Shown here: piece after piece, positions 42,500 through 58,310 of the stretch
Numbering within the stretch: the stretch's first letter is position 1
Layout of the letters: the number at the start of each line of letters is the position of its first letter
NCBI GenBank assembly: GCA_964016885.1
Contig: OZ024742.1
Coordinates: 351,292,001-351,356,000, forward strand
Direction of reading: 5' to 3'
Origin: Eledone cirrhosa
Taxonomy: Eukaryota
DNA: 64,000 bases
Translations under genes and position numbers: made by a program
Notes under the pieces: generated by a model
Database searches by the model: none
Told to the model about the DNA's origin: nothing
The model's input: only the letters and a program-made list of their open reading frames with translations

Positions 42500-42594
42500 T
42501 ATATATATTTGAATAAGTCAGGAGAGGACAAAAAACAGAGCGGCAGTACAAATGATATGGTTTTTAGTTTCACGCTTGAGAGTGCGGTGTGGGG

Positions 42595-42628
42595 GACGAC
42601 GTTTCGGGCATAAGACCTTCATCAGGCG
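42595..42628 (-). ncRNA. Minimal PLE-type hammerhead with weak stem I
   Basis: Minus: gc CTGATGA aggtcttatgccc GAAA cg TC gt; palindromic ACGT. Confidence 0.55.
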
Positions 42629-42790
42629 AACAGTGGGTAGGAAGAGAGTTCCGAGGGTGTGTGGAGGAGTGGTGGAAAGACATTTAAAAAAAGGGAGGGG
42701 GAGAGAGATAAGGGAGGAAAATCAATTTTTAAAGAGTAAAGGAAATGTTTTAAAAGTACAAATAAAAATAAAAATATTCAGTAAAATTCC

Positions 42791-42848
<58 letters not shown>

Positions 42849-43171
42849 GTAAGTGTGTGTGTGTTTGTTTGTGTGTGTGTGTGTGCGTATGTGTGTATGT
42901 ATGTGCATGTGTGTGTGAATGTGCCTGCCGACACTCGGAATATAGCTTAAGAGAAATTTCAGAATAAGGGTAAGCACCCCAATACTTAACCAGTTTATAG
43001 AATTCTTTCTGCTTTTGTCACTCTTAATATGAATTATAGCTTTAAAGAATTAGCTTTTAATGAATTCCCTTTTCTTTAAACCCATCAAACAATGACCTCC
43101 ACCCATCCCAATCCCCTCCCTCTGCTGCCACCAGAAAATATATACATACCACCACATTTACTGGGACAGTC

Positions 43172-43223
43172 AGCATCCTGATGATTTCTCACGAATGAAA
43201 CAGTTCAGAGGCCTGTAGAAGCT
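43172..43223 (+). ncRNA. Type I hammerhead with true hairpin stem III
   Basis: agcatc CTGATGA t ttc tcac gaa t GAAA cag ttcagaggc ctg TA gaagct. Confidence 0.75.
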
Positions 43224-43305
43224 TTTCTATATGAAAACATTTATACTCCGCTATGTATTGAGTACCTTAATTACTGTGGTTACTCACGATTGAACCCAGA
43301 ATAAG

Positions 43306-43425
<120 letters not shown>

Positions 43426-43440
43426 AAATTATAAAAAATG

Positions 43441-43489
<49 letters not shown>

Positions 43490-43664
43490 CACGTATCTAT
43501 GCGTTTGTATGTTATGTACATAGTATATTACCTAGCGCCATTTGAATTACCGCAAATATCTGTCTATGTACAGGCACAGCAGGTATTATAGTTGGTCACT
43601 GATTCAGTTCGCACTGAAAGTTTTGAAGAACACATATTTTGTCTACCTTGTGTTTTATTCACTG

Positions 43665-43880
43665 GTTACTCGTTCCTTATTTTAAAAACAATCATATATT
43701 CGATGTCCTCGGCCCTAGGGATACCTCCTTACTCACCACCATAGGCATTCAGTTGGCAAGCCGCAGGTGTGAGCCTCGCGAGCTGCAATGACTTTTTCAT
43801 CGCGTCTGCCTTACCGTCCTCCGGGGAAATGCCTTTTCCATTCTGTCCGCCGGGGCTGTGGGGAGGCCACCGATAGGATT
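43665..43880 (+). pseudogene. CRE-clade (restriction-like endonuclease) non-LTR retrotransposon C-terminal fragment
   Basis: LGPRDTSLLTTIGIQLASRRCEPRELQ*LFHRVCLTVLRGNAFSIL matches the CRE pattern GP.A..L...IG....GDPRE..WL.QR.S....RGNA..IL. Confidence 0.7.
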
Positions 43881-44336
43881 GAAATACTTTTTTGAATCAG
43901 TTTTAGATCATTTCTCATTGTGATACATATGTAAAGATCACAATCACTCTAACCGACTGTATTTTATGTTATTCTACTATATTTTCTTAACTATGTTTAA
44001 ACCATGGATACACTAAGCTTTAGATTTAGTAGAATGTACAACCATTGTCTCTAGGTATGAACGGAGGTCCACGTCCGATAGCATAAATTCAACCAGCCCA
44101 TTGCTATGTTCTGAGATTCCCTAATGTTTCCTCGATTTACATTCATATAGCTACATTTATCCTCACCAAATTACTTCCTCATATCTATCTAGATTGTCGT
44201 TACTAAGTTAACATTTAGCTTAACATTCGTATACATGGCATAAATATTCAGGTCACTCACATATAATCTTTAGGTGAAGGTAGCGTGTTTGACCTTCTAG
44301 TACAATGTATGTGCGCGTGAGTGTATGTGTATGTGC

Positions 44337-44404
<68 letters not shown>

Positions 44405-45668
44405 ATGTATGAGTGTGTGTACGTATGGATATATATTCTAATACAGCCGTAAAAAAATTAATAAAAATAACATCATTATCTTACAAGCTGGGCGAATGTT
44501 TCTAAAGCAGCTCTACATTTATTAATTATTAAATCAATGTATTGGTTTTTACATTTGGCATAATATCAAATATGTTTATAGCAAATACGCATATATAAAG
44601 GTTTTCTTGAAACATAAGTATTAATAATGCTAATAATATAGAAGACTATGACAAAAATGGTCCTGGTAATTCCATGGAATTATCTTAAAACAAAGAAAAA
44701 AACGATATAATATGATTTGATACTTGATAGGAGTCATTCTGTAGTATTAGATTCAGTATTACAATATCAATATTGCTAAACACCATAACATTATATTCCG
44801 GGAATGAATACTACCTATTATATTTACTGCTTTAAAATTTTAGCTCTAAATTGCTGAAAAGCTTCATACCAAACAAAAAAAAAATGTATTCTTTGATTTA
44901 ATGTATCTTCCTTATTTTTAAATATTCAGGTGAGATGACGTGTTCATTTTTACTAACACAGCTGACCCCAGGACATACAAGCAAATATAAAATTATACAA
45001 GCTGTAACATTTCCTGCTAGAAATTAATGCCAAATGTCTATTCAATGAAACCATGCAGTTACACATATAGGGAATATCAGAATACATAAAACCTATGGGA
45101 GCAAGACCATTGAAAAGGCTTAATCATAGAAATATCTGATTAGTATTGACTCTGGAGCTGAAAACATACTAAACACGTTACATATATACACATTCCTGCA
45201 GTGCATCACCTCCATTGTGTAACTCGTACCAAATGAAATCTAATTATATTTATCGACACCGGAAGGTGTAGGTAAGGGTGTTCTAAATATTGTCCCACGT
45301 AAAATAAAAAAAAAACATAAAAAAACATAATGAAATGTAATGCTAGATTGATGGCTTTTAATTATATCAAAAACATGAACATTTTCCGTGTAATAGAAAA
45401 AAATATTATTATAAAATATATTTAGCAAAATATACAACCGAGGTCAATTTTTTTAATTACTTTACATACAAAGAAAACGATCATTCTAGACTATCCATAA
45501 TCCCCGCATTATGGGTGGAAAGTAATTTAAATATTTTTCTAAGCATAATTATGTTTATATAATTATAGCAGTATATAATTAATCGAATCATAATTTCATG
45601 TTAATTGACAAACAACTTAGACTACCCAAAATATATACGGATGGCACAATTTTGTCCATATATATATG

Positions 45669-45721
<53 letters not shown>

Positions 45722-45724
<3 letters not shown>

Positions 45725-46062
45725 AGTGAGTTTCTTGGTCAGTGACCAAGTCTCAGACCCGTACAGCAGCACATACTCCACTACAGCAATGAAGAGGCGG
45801 ATTTTCAAAAAGTCAGCTCAAAAGTGACACAGAGGAGACTGAGATTAGCTGGACATGCTCACCGACATCCGGAGTTGACATTACACTCAGTGCTCCTGTG
45901 GGATCCCTACATGGACACACTGGAAGAGGAAGACCAAGGTTAACGTATATTGATGCCCTAAGGACAGACACTGGTCTGTTGGAGACGCAGGACATCGCAG
46001 CGTTAATGAGGGACAGAGACCGCTGGAGAGAACTCGTCCATGGATCTCGGGTAGTTTACCCG

Positions 46063-46066
<4 letters not shown>
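45722..46066 (+). mobile_element. RTE-clade LINE 3' end with 5' inversion, in (TA)n
   Basis: Minus 45722-45810 KIRLFIAVVEYVLLYGSETWSLTKKL; plus 45812-46066 VSSKVTQRRLRLAGHAHRHPEL..LLWDP.HG..GRGRPRLTYIDAL..MRDRDRWR. Confidence 0.92.
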
Positions 46067-46099
<33 letters not shown>

Positions 46100-46143
46100 T
46101 GAAATACTGTTGGCTTCACGCTCACAACAGTTTCTATACTTTA

Positions 46144-46201
<58 letters not shown>

Positions 46202-46203
<2 letters not shown>

Positions 46204-46406
46204 CAAAGGAAGTGGGGTAAGGAACCAGGTGGACCATACTGCACCGGAGTACTCTATATTTTGGGTAATAGAGTGGGTAATAGGAAAATAGGCAGACCCC
46301 CGACGGCAGAGCTGAAGCCGTTTCGACAGCTATTTCTAAACCGTTTCTTGGCCCAGAAATATCTGTTGAACGGCTTCAGCTCTGCCGTCGGAGTTCTGAC
46401 TCTATT

Positions 46407-46410
<4 letters not shown>
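46202..46410 (-). mobile_element. Family E fold-back mini-element (tail on the left)
   Basis: ccgacggcagagctgaagccgttt / aacggcttcagctctgccgtcgg. Confidence 0.88.
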
Positions 46411-46478
<68 letters not shown>

Positions 46479-46510
46479 AAAGAATAGAGGTGTAACACAC
46501 AAGTTATTAT

Positions 46511-46977
46511 ATATTGGTAAACGGAACAGAAAATGCTGATAAATTGTTCACAGTTGAAAAATGGTTTAATTAGGAATAAAAGAGTATTAGTGATTGTATG
46601 GGTTAGTATTCAGTTGTGGTTTTAAGTTTTTAAGTTTTTACCGGTTGCGCATTTCTAAATGCTTTTCAAAAATAATTTTGAGATAGAGTGTCCGTGCTGT
46701 TTGCTCTGATCTGATTAGTTTTGGGAATTCTACCTGTTTTTATGTTAAAAAAGTGGCTCCAATTTGCAAAAATTCTTGTGGTCAAAACAATTTTGATTGG
46801 TCGGTAGAGGTCACGTGAATGTAAACAATTGATTTTGCGCCAAGACTGTTTTTATGATAAAAAAATTGGCTCCAGCAAAAATTCTTGTGGTCAAAACAAT
46901 TTTGATTGGTCGGTAGATGTCATGTGAATAAAAAATTGGTTTTGCGCCAAGATTGAGAAATGACTCTTTCACAACAA

Positions 46978-47060
<83 letters not shown>

Positions 47061-47120
47061 TGTGTGTGTGTAGTAGTAGTAACCATTATCACAACATCGA
47101 ACACCTTACTACTACTACTA

Positions 47121-47196
<76 letters not shown>

Positions 47197-47658
47197 ATTT
47201 GTTGTGAAAGAGCCATTTCTCAATCTTGGCGCAAAAACCAATTTGTTATTCACATGACCTCTACCGACCAATCAAAATTGTTTTGACCACAAGAATTTTT
47301 GCTGGAGCCAATTTTTTAACATAAAAACAGTCTTGGCGCAAAATCAATTGTTTACATTCACGTGACCTCTACCGACCAATCAAAATTGTTTTGACCACAA
47401 GAATTTTTGCAAATTGGAGCCACTTTTTTAACATAAAAACAGGTAGAATTCCCAAAACTAATCAGATCAGAGCAAACAACACGGACACTCTATCTCAAAA
47501 TTATTTTTGAAAAGCATTTAGAAATGCGCAACCGGTAAAAACTTAAAAACTTAAAACCACAACTGAATACTAACCCATACAATCACTAATACTCTTTTAT
47601 TCCTAATTAAACCATTTTTCAACTGTGAACAATTTGTCAGCATTTTCTATTCCGTTTA

Positions 47659-47665
<7 letters not shown>
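46511..47665. repeat. Near-perfect ~1.15-kb palindrome (arms ~570 bp, ~24-nt spacer) including mirrored (TG)n/(CA)n and (TAG)n/(CTA)n
   Basis: 46511-47082 is the reverse complement of ~47106-47665 with few differences; each arm has an internal ~110-bp tandem. Confidence 0.95.
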
Positions 47666-47713
<48 letters not shown>

Positions 47714-48156
47714 AAAAAGTGAAACGACATCTCATTTGTCACTCTTAGTACGGCTGTTTCTTAAATATATGTATATATACATATGACAGCTGGTGCTTCA
47801 TAGCATCTGTCCTCTTTATTATGTGGCTATTAAGAACTGGATGCGTAAGCAGAATTTGGGAGAATAGGAAGAATATATGTAAGGTTTGACGAATTCGGAG
47901 AGTGACAACGGTTTGTCTGGCATGTGTCATGGGGATAGTTTGGTATACGATGTTTTTGTTGATGGAGAGTAGACTGATTGGAGCAATAACGGTGTTATTT
48001 ACGTGACTATATATATATATATATATTATGAGCTGAGTATCCGTGAAACAATTGTCCTCGGTATGGTGAACTAACTGTTGTGTAACCAATTACCTAACTC
48101 CTCCCATGGACTGAGTGCTCTACCACTACGGATGATATTACCTTCCAGTGTGCTAC

Positions 48157-48249
<93 letters not shown>

Positions 48250-48299
48250 CATATATATATATATATATGTATGTATTGTGTGTTAGTTTAGCCTACCAC

Positions 48300-49035
48300 A
48301 ATGTTCGATTTGTCAAGCTATTTAAACGTATGTTATTACTCTAAGGCCCTACCTTATCGTGTGCTTTGCTAACTCATCACTTCATATAAGTAGGCCGAAT
48401 TTACTTGCAAACCGCCAGAGATTCGATTTTACTAATTTCCAATTATATTATTCTCCTAGATTTAATAATTAACTAATTAATTTATTTAGACAATTCTGTT
48501 GATTGGTTAATTATTAGTGTTTGTTTTATAACATCTAGTCGAGAGCTTATCATGATAATTAGCGGAAATTTAAAATACTTCCTTTCGCTAACATTTTGAA
48601 TGAACAGCCTGGGACCGGGGTTATTTCCCTCGCCGGAATTAACACGTGATAATTATAGATACGATAAGCAGCTTATAGCAGCAACATATAATTTATCACT
48701 CCTATCCTAGGAAGAGCGATAAAAACCTGTTGATAAACTGAATCCTACGTTCGATCACCAATACCATGAGCTTGCCTTTCAAGTAAGTCTGATATTTGAT
48801 TTCGCATTCAAAGAAACACTTTAAACGATTGTTCGTTTAATTTGTCCAGGTGTACTTTTCTCAACCTGATTAGTTCTATCGTTACTTTGGTATGTAATGT
48901 TCGATTTGTCAAGCTATTTCAACATATGTTATTACTCTAAGGCCCTACCTTATCGAGTGCTTTGCTAACACATCACTTCATATAAGTAGGCCGAATTTAC
49001 TTGCAAACCGCCAGAGATTCGATTTTACTTATTTC

Positions 49036-49040
<5 letters not shown>
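48300..49040. repeat. ~142-bp direct repeats (48300-48442, 48897-49039), ~597-bp period, between (TA)n tracts
   Basis: aatgttcgatttgtcaagctattt...cagagattcgattttact occurs twice. Confidence 0.92.
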
Positions 49041-49102
<62 letters not shown>

Positions 49103-49251
49103 ACGAAGGAATAAGCAACCAGATGGTCCATAACGCTCCAGAGAACTCAATACTTAGGGTATAGAGTGGGTAATAAGAAAAGGTATGACCCCGACGGCAG
49201 AGCTCAAGCCGTTTCGGCGGCTATTTCTGTCCCCCCAAAAAACTTTAACTT

Positions 49252-49669
49252 TTAACTCACTCAATATGCAAATTAGGCTGCTCAGCTGTTAATTTTCATA
49301 AGGAAAGTATATACTTTCGAACGTTCAACTATCTGGCAGATGGATATACGTTGCTGATGATAGCTAACAAGCTTGAAACTAGTACATCGTTCCTGTGTCA
49401 GTGTTGAACAAAAAGGTGACGTGGTTGCCTTAACACCGTATGGCATAAATTCAGGCTGTTCAGTTTGTTTACAAACGAACAAAGCGGCGTTATAATAAGC
49501 GTCCGCTAAACTGATGCGTGCATATATGTATGTGTACCTGTATGTATATATATATGCATGCTACTGTACGTCTGTATACATATATGTATGTACGTATACA
49601 TACATACTTACATTTAAGTAAGTGCCATACTAAGAGTGAGAAATGAAATTTCGTTTTCATCTTTTTCAA

Positions 49670-49670
<1 letters not shown>
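49252..49670 (+). mobile_element. Family A monomer
   Basis: Homologous to 12082-12470 and 35625-36130 in reverse. Confidence 0.85.
49348..49390 (+). ncRNA. Compact type I hammerhead, family A (intact core)
   Basis: acgttg CTGATGA t agct aaca agct t GAAA ctag TA catcgt; palindromic ACTAGT. Confidence 0.82.
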
Positions 49671-49736
<66 letters not shown>

Positions 49737-50724
49737 ATACATATATACATACATACATATACACACACATATTTATATATATATACATACTTCCACGAAT
49801 ACATAGATAAACATAACTTCATCACATGTCAAGTCCTAGGTTCTTTTCCCTCCTGATATCTGATTTAACATAACAGAGGTGAGTGTCAACCCGCTCATGC
49901 ATTGCCTCTTTAAGGCGTATTTTCTAAATTTCTACATACGTAAACCTTTGTTGCTATTTGAAAACTTGCCGTGTATAGCTTTTTTTTTTTCAAATATTTA
50001 GCCGGTGGTCAAGAACGGGGGAACAAAGTGCAAATGATTCCGCCATTAATCTAATTATTATACAGTATCTGACAAAGTCTTAATTAATCTCAATATGCAT
50101 CAATAATGCAATATTTATTTAATCAGCTTAATTGACACGTCATCTATTTAACCACATTATGATTGATTACAGCTGTCTTCCTGAAGGGGAAATATATTAA
50201 TCATGAATATTCTACGTATACAGTTAAAGGCATATTAAACCAAATAATGCCATCTATTTGAACAACTTATCATACTTAGAATCAACTTCGTTATGGATAA
50301 ATTTCGACTGAATGAATAATGGCTTCAGTTCATTATACGTAAGTTCTAACTTTGAACAACATTTCAAATCAAATGTAATTAATACATAATTTCAACTCGT
50401 CTTTACTTATATACATATTTGTCTGTGATACTTAATACGGCATGGAATAATTCCATTCCCTGAACTGGCAGGAATATGGCTCTATTTCCAACATCGCAGT
50501 TTTTATTTCAAGTTACCGGGTGGATATTTCATCAAAGCCTATGTACTTGTACAGTTGTAAGCATGTATGTATGGGTGGGTCCGTAAAACCCGATGCATGC
50601 ATAGGGACACCTTAATAATGTGCAACGTGTCTTGGGAAATTTAAATGTTTAATGAATTTGTAGTTTACTTGGAGAATTGTATATGGTATTGAACGCCATA
50701 ACAATGTAGGTTTAGACGGATAAT

Positions 50725-50975
50725 AATTAAATCGTAAGAAACAGGGCTTGTTTATTTAACTTAATCTATTAATATGTCCTGACATTTCGAGATGAATATC
50801 TCTTTTTCCGAGAAATATAAAGGAACAATTCCAGTGTGTGAAGTGGATTGCTATAACATCGGACACTGGAATATTTCGTTTATTTTCCTCGGAAGAAGAG
50901 ATATTAATCCCGAAATATCTAGACATGAATAAATTAAGGTAAATAAAAAAAGACCTGTTTCTTATGTTTTAATTC
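50725..50975. mobile_element. Old fold-back element with a fossil hammerhead in each arm (50777-50814 minus, 50886-50923 plus)
   Basis: Imperfect ~115-bp arms; consensus of arms tcct CGGAAGA a gagat attc atctc GAAA yg TC agga. Confidence 0.55.
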
Positions 50976-51189
50976 CTTTCCGTTTTAACCTGTCTCGTCG
51001 TGGATTTCAAACTTCGAATTCTTTAGATATTTAATGTTATGGACATTTAAACATTGGGTTTAATTCGTTCCTAATGATTGAAAATAATAACTTTAGTTGT
51101 AGAGCTTATCTTCATTAATTGGAAACAATTTTTATATCTGGATTCTAGTAATATATTTATAATATTTTCTCACGCTGAATATAACATAG

Positions 51190-51277
<88 letters not shown>

Positions 51278-51282
51278 TAATA

Positions 51283-52852
<1,570 letters not shown>

Positions 52853-52854
52853 TA

Positions 52855-53090
52855 TTTGTTTTTCAAGATTTTTTGATATGAAATCGTGTGTCGAAACAAG
52901 TATTGTTGTACTTGGGGAGGGTGATATAGTTGTAATATTGCCAGAAATAATAACAGAACACACTCACTGTTTGGTTGGTTTTCGCTTATAAAAGATACAG
53001 AAACGAAAACCAACCAAACAGTGAGTGTGTTCTGTTATTATTTCTGGCAATATTATTACAACAATATAACCCTCCTCCAGTATAACAATT
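52855..53090. mobile_element. Family F fold-back mini-element (~85-bp arms + tail)
   Basis: aatattgccagaaataataacagaacacactcactgtttggttggttttcg / cgaaaaccaaccaaacagtgagtgtgttctgttattatttctggcaatatt. Confidence 0.88.
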
Positions 53091-53587
53091 TATATATATA
53101 TATCTAATATTAAATCGTCTAACGCTTGGAACCGGAAGCAATGAATGGAGAGTGGTGGTCTGATACACAAAAATCGACCTGCTACAAAGCGATACCACTG
53201 GAGTGTACCATCTTTCCTATAAACAATCCTGCCTGAGAAGCTCCACCACGGCTAACCAACTTTTCTTTTTACTGACTCCTACTGAATCTGCCTGTAAATC
53301 CTGTGTTAGCACTGCTTGGGAATTGATCTGCCTATGCTTTGTTTTGTTTTTTGATCATGCTGAATACCCTCATTCATTTCTTGTTCTCCTCTCTCAACCT
53401 CCTTAAGATCTATTGCACTATTTATGTGATAAACGTTCGATGTAATTTTTTAATGCCATTATATGTATCATGTATTATGTGTTATTCTATACTGCGCTGG
53501 CCTCGGAACCCCCCTACTTGTCTTTATCCTTGTTCTGGGGACAGACGTCGATGGAGCCTGCAACCTTTGATTTATTTTTGTTTATAA

Positions 53588-53632
53588 GCTCCGATGATTT
53601 CTGCCCTAGGGTATGAATGAAACACTGTTAGC
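53588..53632 (+). ncRNA. Hammerhead variant (U4C)
   Basis: gct CCGATGA t ttc tgccc ta gggta t gaa t GAAA cactg TT agc. Confidence 0.55.
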
Positions 53633-53676
53633 AAATAAAACAACGTATTTCTAAGCACTCTTTTGTTATTCCTAAG

Positions 53677-54009
<333 letters not shown>

Positions 54010-54041
54010 CAAGAGAGAGAGAGAAAGAGAGAGAGAGAGAT

Positions 54042-54089
<48 letters not shown>

Positions 54090-54090
<1 letters not shown>

Positions 54091-54426
54091 ATGCGAAGTA
54101 GTTTTCGATTTTAAAGTCCTTTATTGATAAGGATGTTATATATATTTCAATGACGATATTGGCCACGTGATTCTGCCTAACCAGTGCCATAATCTCATTA
54201 GACATCTTACATAATAACGTTACACAATGGAACGGGCATAAGCTTCAAGAACATCTCTCGTTGTCCTTTCCTTGTCATATAAATTTGGATTACCTCGAGA
54301 ACGTACACTTATTTTGTAAGAAGCTGTCTGATGAGATCATGGCTCCGGTCAGGCCCACGTTCGTTATTGAAATATGTATCGCAGCCGTATCTATAAAGTA
54401 CTTAACATCTGAAACTACTTCACATA
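54090..54426. mobile_element. Old fold-back element with hammerheads in both arms
   Basis: Diverged inverted arms ~54090-54220 / 54310-54426. Confidence 0.7.
54323..54385 (+). ncRNA. Type I hammerhead (intact core); sister copy with G5A at 54132-54206 minus
   Basis: gctgt CTGATGA gatcatg..cgttatt GAAA tatgta TC gcagc; minus copy gatgt CTAATGA..GAAA tatata TA acatc. Confidence 0.75.
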
Positions 54427-54545
54427 TTCTTGTACTAAATACATTTTGTCACTCCTATGTGGAATAAGTACGTACAATGCTTGTATTGAATGAATGGCTT
54501 CAACGTTTACCGTAAGTCTATCTATCTATCTCTATCTATCTATAA

Positions 54546-54588
<43 letters not shown>

Positions 54589-56973
54589 TGGTGTAGATGA
54601 TTCAGTGAATTGCTGGTGGTGTTACCAAAGCAAGCACCCTGTGCACAGGCAGAGTCTATAAAAGAATATGTTGTCACATGGCCCGTTTGACGAGCAGGCT
54701 GATTGTGGATTCGGGTACATAAACCCTATAAGGGACTCTAAGCCAATCTTCTGTGAAATGAACATAACAGGTCGACACGTAATAAATATCATATACGTTT
54801 AGACGAATCTTCCTATTTATTTTCTAATATACATAAATATATAGTATATAATTAGGCAGTATATTCGAATTTTACCACATTCTACGTGTTTTTTTATGTA
54901 ATCTCTATTATACGTATTTCAATGGTATCTGTCATGTAATCCCCAGGTACTACCGACAGTCTCTCAATTGTGTAATCACCTACGCCTGCCAGCTGGTAGA
55001 TCGGGCGAGAAAGTGCGTCAATATTGCCCGCATTCAATCCTATCTATGCTAGAATACAGTGGTCTAACCTGTCACTTAGTAGAATCGAACATGAAACTCA
55101 TGATTGGGAACGAACAGCTTAATTACGTGGCTACGCATTAAAAGTTTTTGGACTAATTGAAACTTATCTATGTGGTTTCATATATTCTTATTTCATACCT
55201 AATGTGATAATATACGTGTTAGAACAAACAGAATTATTTATTTTTAATGTCTGACTGACGTTTGTACGCCCAGAGCGCAATCTAGGTAAATCTGAAAAGT
55301 GCGCAAGTTATACTCTCTCTACTTATTTTATGCGCATTTACTAATATATTTTTTCAATGAAGTATTTGGAAAATATTCATTGACCACTGGCTGTGATGTC
55401 AGATAATATAATCCATTACACAGAGAAGAGACTATTTTGTCATAAGAAAGTTGTGTAATGAAATTTATATGTGTTGCTTAATGAAATATATATTGCTATC
55501 GTATGCATATTGTATTAGTTGTAAATGTATAGTTACCGAAGGAAGGAATGTGTTTGAAATGCTTTATAATGTATAATAGACGAGGATATATTGGCAGTTA
55601 TTACTGGTGTCATTATATTCATATAAATATTTAAAGTTTTGTAATTGGCTAGTAGTATAATCATGAATACATTTCCTATCTGCGTACAGATTTCTTGTAG
55701 TAAAGATCATATAACTGAAAGATGAACGAGCATATATGCTTGTATGAAAACTTTTATGTGCGCTACTTAATGTAACGCCCAAATGTATAATGCAAAATGT
55801 AAGATAGGTATCCGTGAAGATTTCAGAGGATAATTTTAAAGGTTGACATATGACTGACCTATAGGTTAGGGGTTATATGACAATTGTCAACTTAGTGGGA
55901 AGTGTAACTAAATATAAAGTAATGTTGAAGGTACTAAGTAGGAAGGTTGATGTGTAAGTGCGAAAGAAAGCAATGCGTTAGTTATCTAATAACATATTTG
56001 TAAGTTTAGCGCAAAATAGTTGGGGATTGAACGTAAATGTTTGAGAGGAAATATTAACATATGTCATTTAACGTTACATCCTCTGAAACTTGCTCCATAA
56101 CTTTGTTGAGATTAAGAACAGGGAGATTGGTTTATAATTGGTAGTAGCTGCCCTGTTCCACCATATATATATGTTTGTGTATGTATGCGTATGTGTAAGT
56201 GAGTGTATGCCAGTATGCACACACATTCTAGTTTTAATTTTCCTAATTTCTCAAAATATGTCGGTTTTCTTAATTACAAAATTTAGATAATTTCACTGTA
56301 ATTTAGACACCAGCCTTGTGTGTGTGTGTATGTGTATATGTGTGCGGGCGTGTTTGTGTATGCGGGAGGGGGGGGACCGGGTGTCATTGCATGTGTGGAT
56401 TTCAATGCTTTATATTATATGTACGTTTATACATACGTTTCTATATGTAAATGTGTGAATATGTAGGTAGTAATGCATGTATGTATGTTCTTCTGTGCAT
56501 AGCCCCAAAATGAATATCGATCCCAATATCATTTATTAAGGGAAGATGTTTATTTCTGAATGATATACAATTATATAATCGAATGAATTATGATTTCATA
56601 ACAGACTGTAAGCGACGTGAGCTTTTCTAAGTTATTCGACTGTACATATCTTTTATATTGTATTCATATCCAAGAACACAATTATAGGACTTACACATAT
56701 TTTTGAAAATAATATATCAACTAATGTGCATATTTTTTGAGGCGTAGATATGGCCCAGTGGTGTGGCTTGGTTGTGTGTACAGTAAGGTGTGCGGCCTCT
56801 TGTACAAACATTCTTTACTGATATGTTGGGCTAATGAATATAGTTTGGTTCGAAATGGGTAAAAGGAAACTATGGAAAACCATAATTTCTGTATATATGC
56901 GTTGGTGTGCATTTGTGTGTGTGTATATATATATATATTTGTGTGTGAGCGTACCTATGTTTAGGAGTGTATA

Positions 56974-57011
<38 letters not shown>

Positions 57012-58310
57012 TACATGTACTTACCTATGTTTATATGCAGTAACGTACCGTTTTAATAAAAAGAAGATCGATATATAAGTACCAATATCGATTAGGCCAT
57101 GATCATAGGATGGAACCCAGTAAACTTTACTCAGTAGAGGAATACATTTAGATAATTTATTCAAATCTAAGGGAATAAAATGTCACCATTATTTCAAAGT
57201 AATGACGGATTAACCGCAATAAATACTCGTATTATTCCCATTTCTATATATTTGCCCAGAAAAAAAAGAGTGACAACAAATAATTCTATATCATATAATT
57301 TATCTTCGTCAGTTAAATTATATAAGTGATTCAAATTTGATTCCTGGACGTGCAAGATATTAAAAAAAATCATAATTTTCGACTCATAAAATAAAGAGAA
57401 TACATATATATATTTTATTTAATTTAGTCAAGTACATTGGTGCCCACACATACAGCATGTACAAGAAGTACACCTGAAGAATCTTACATGTCTGATAGAA
57501 TTATTAAAATGGTGTTTATTGAATAACAAACACATTAAATCATTAATTCATTATGTTATATATTTATGTTGATGATAAAATAAAATATGTAATAAATACA
57601 AAATGTAACGATGAACATATTTGAATGAAATTTATGGTGAGTTGAAAACGATATTATGTTTGTGAAGATTTCAAAGTTTATAATCAACACGAAATATTTT
57701 AGTGATTGTGTTTGTACTTTGTTTGTCTCGGATTAATATAAAGCTGTCGCAAATGATAGTAACTGTTCACCGATTGTATTTCAATGAGAACAAGACAGAA
57801 TAGATGTTTTAAAACAAGACCTATGATATGAAGACACATTCTGGGCTTACATGAATGATCACATATATCTAATCACTCACGTACACACACACATTTATAT
57901 ATATGTATGTATTCATGTGCGTGTATATATATGCTCGTGTAAGTGTGCGAGAATATATATAATCTTATTTTATATATTCCACTTAATATTTACGTTATAC
58001 GAACACGAACGTCTCAACACACTATACAGGCGACAATGACAAGTATGGTTATAAAGATGGTATATTCAATGAACCACTATACGAATCGTGAGTATGAAGT
58101 TACCAGTTACTGGATACAAATCCGTTTACCTACCTATATAAAATTATACTTATGCAGTAGATTGTCATTACTTAAGAACGCTAGAAAAACACTGTACAGC
58201 TTGTGTGTCAATACACCATGTAGTTCTCCATATTTACTACCAGGCTTTGTGTAACTTCCTCGGTGTGTATATATTATTTGCTGCTGCAACCGATGGGGCG
58301 TTATTATGAA

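Noticed and set aside
46533-46572. ctgataa..gaaa in the palindrome arm
   Set aside because: G8 absent in both arms and no stem I/III
47785-48005. Minus peptide QTVVTLRIRQT..LTH, like an I/Nimb LINE C-terminus
   Set aside because: Cys/His knuckle missing; too degenerate to call
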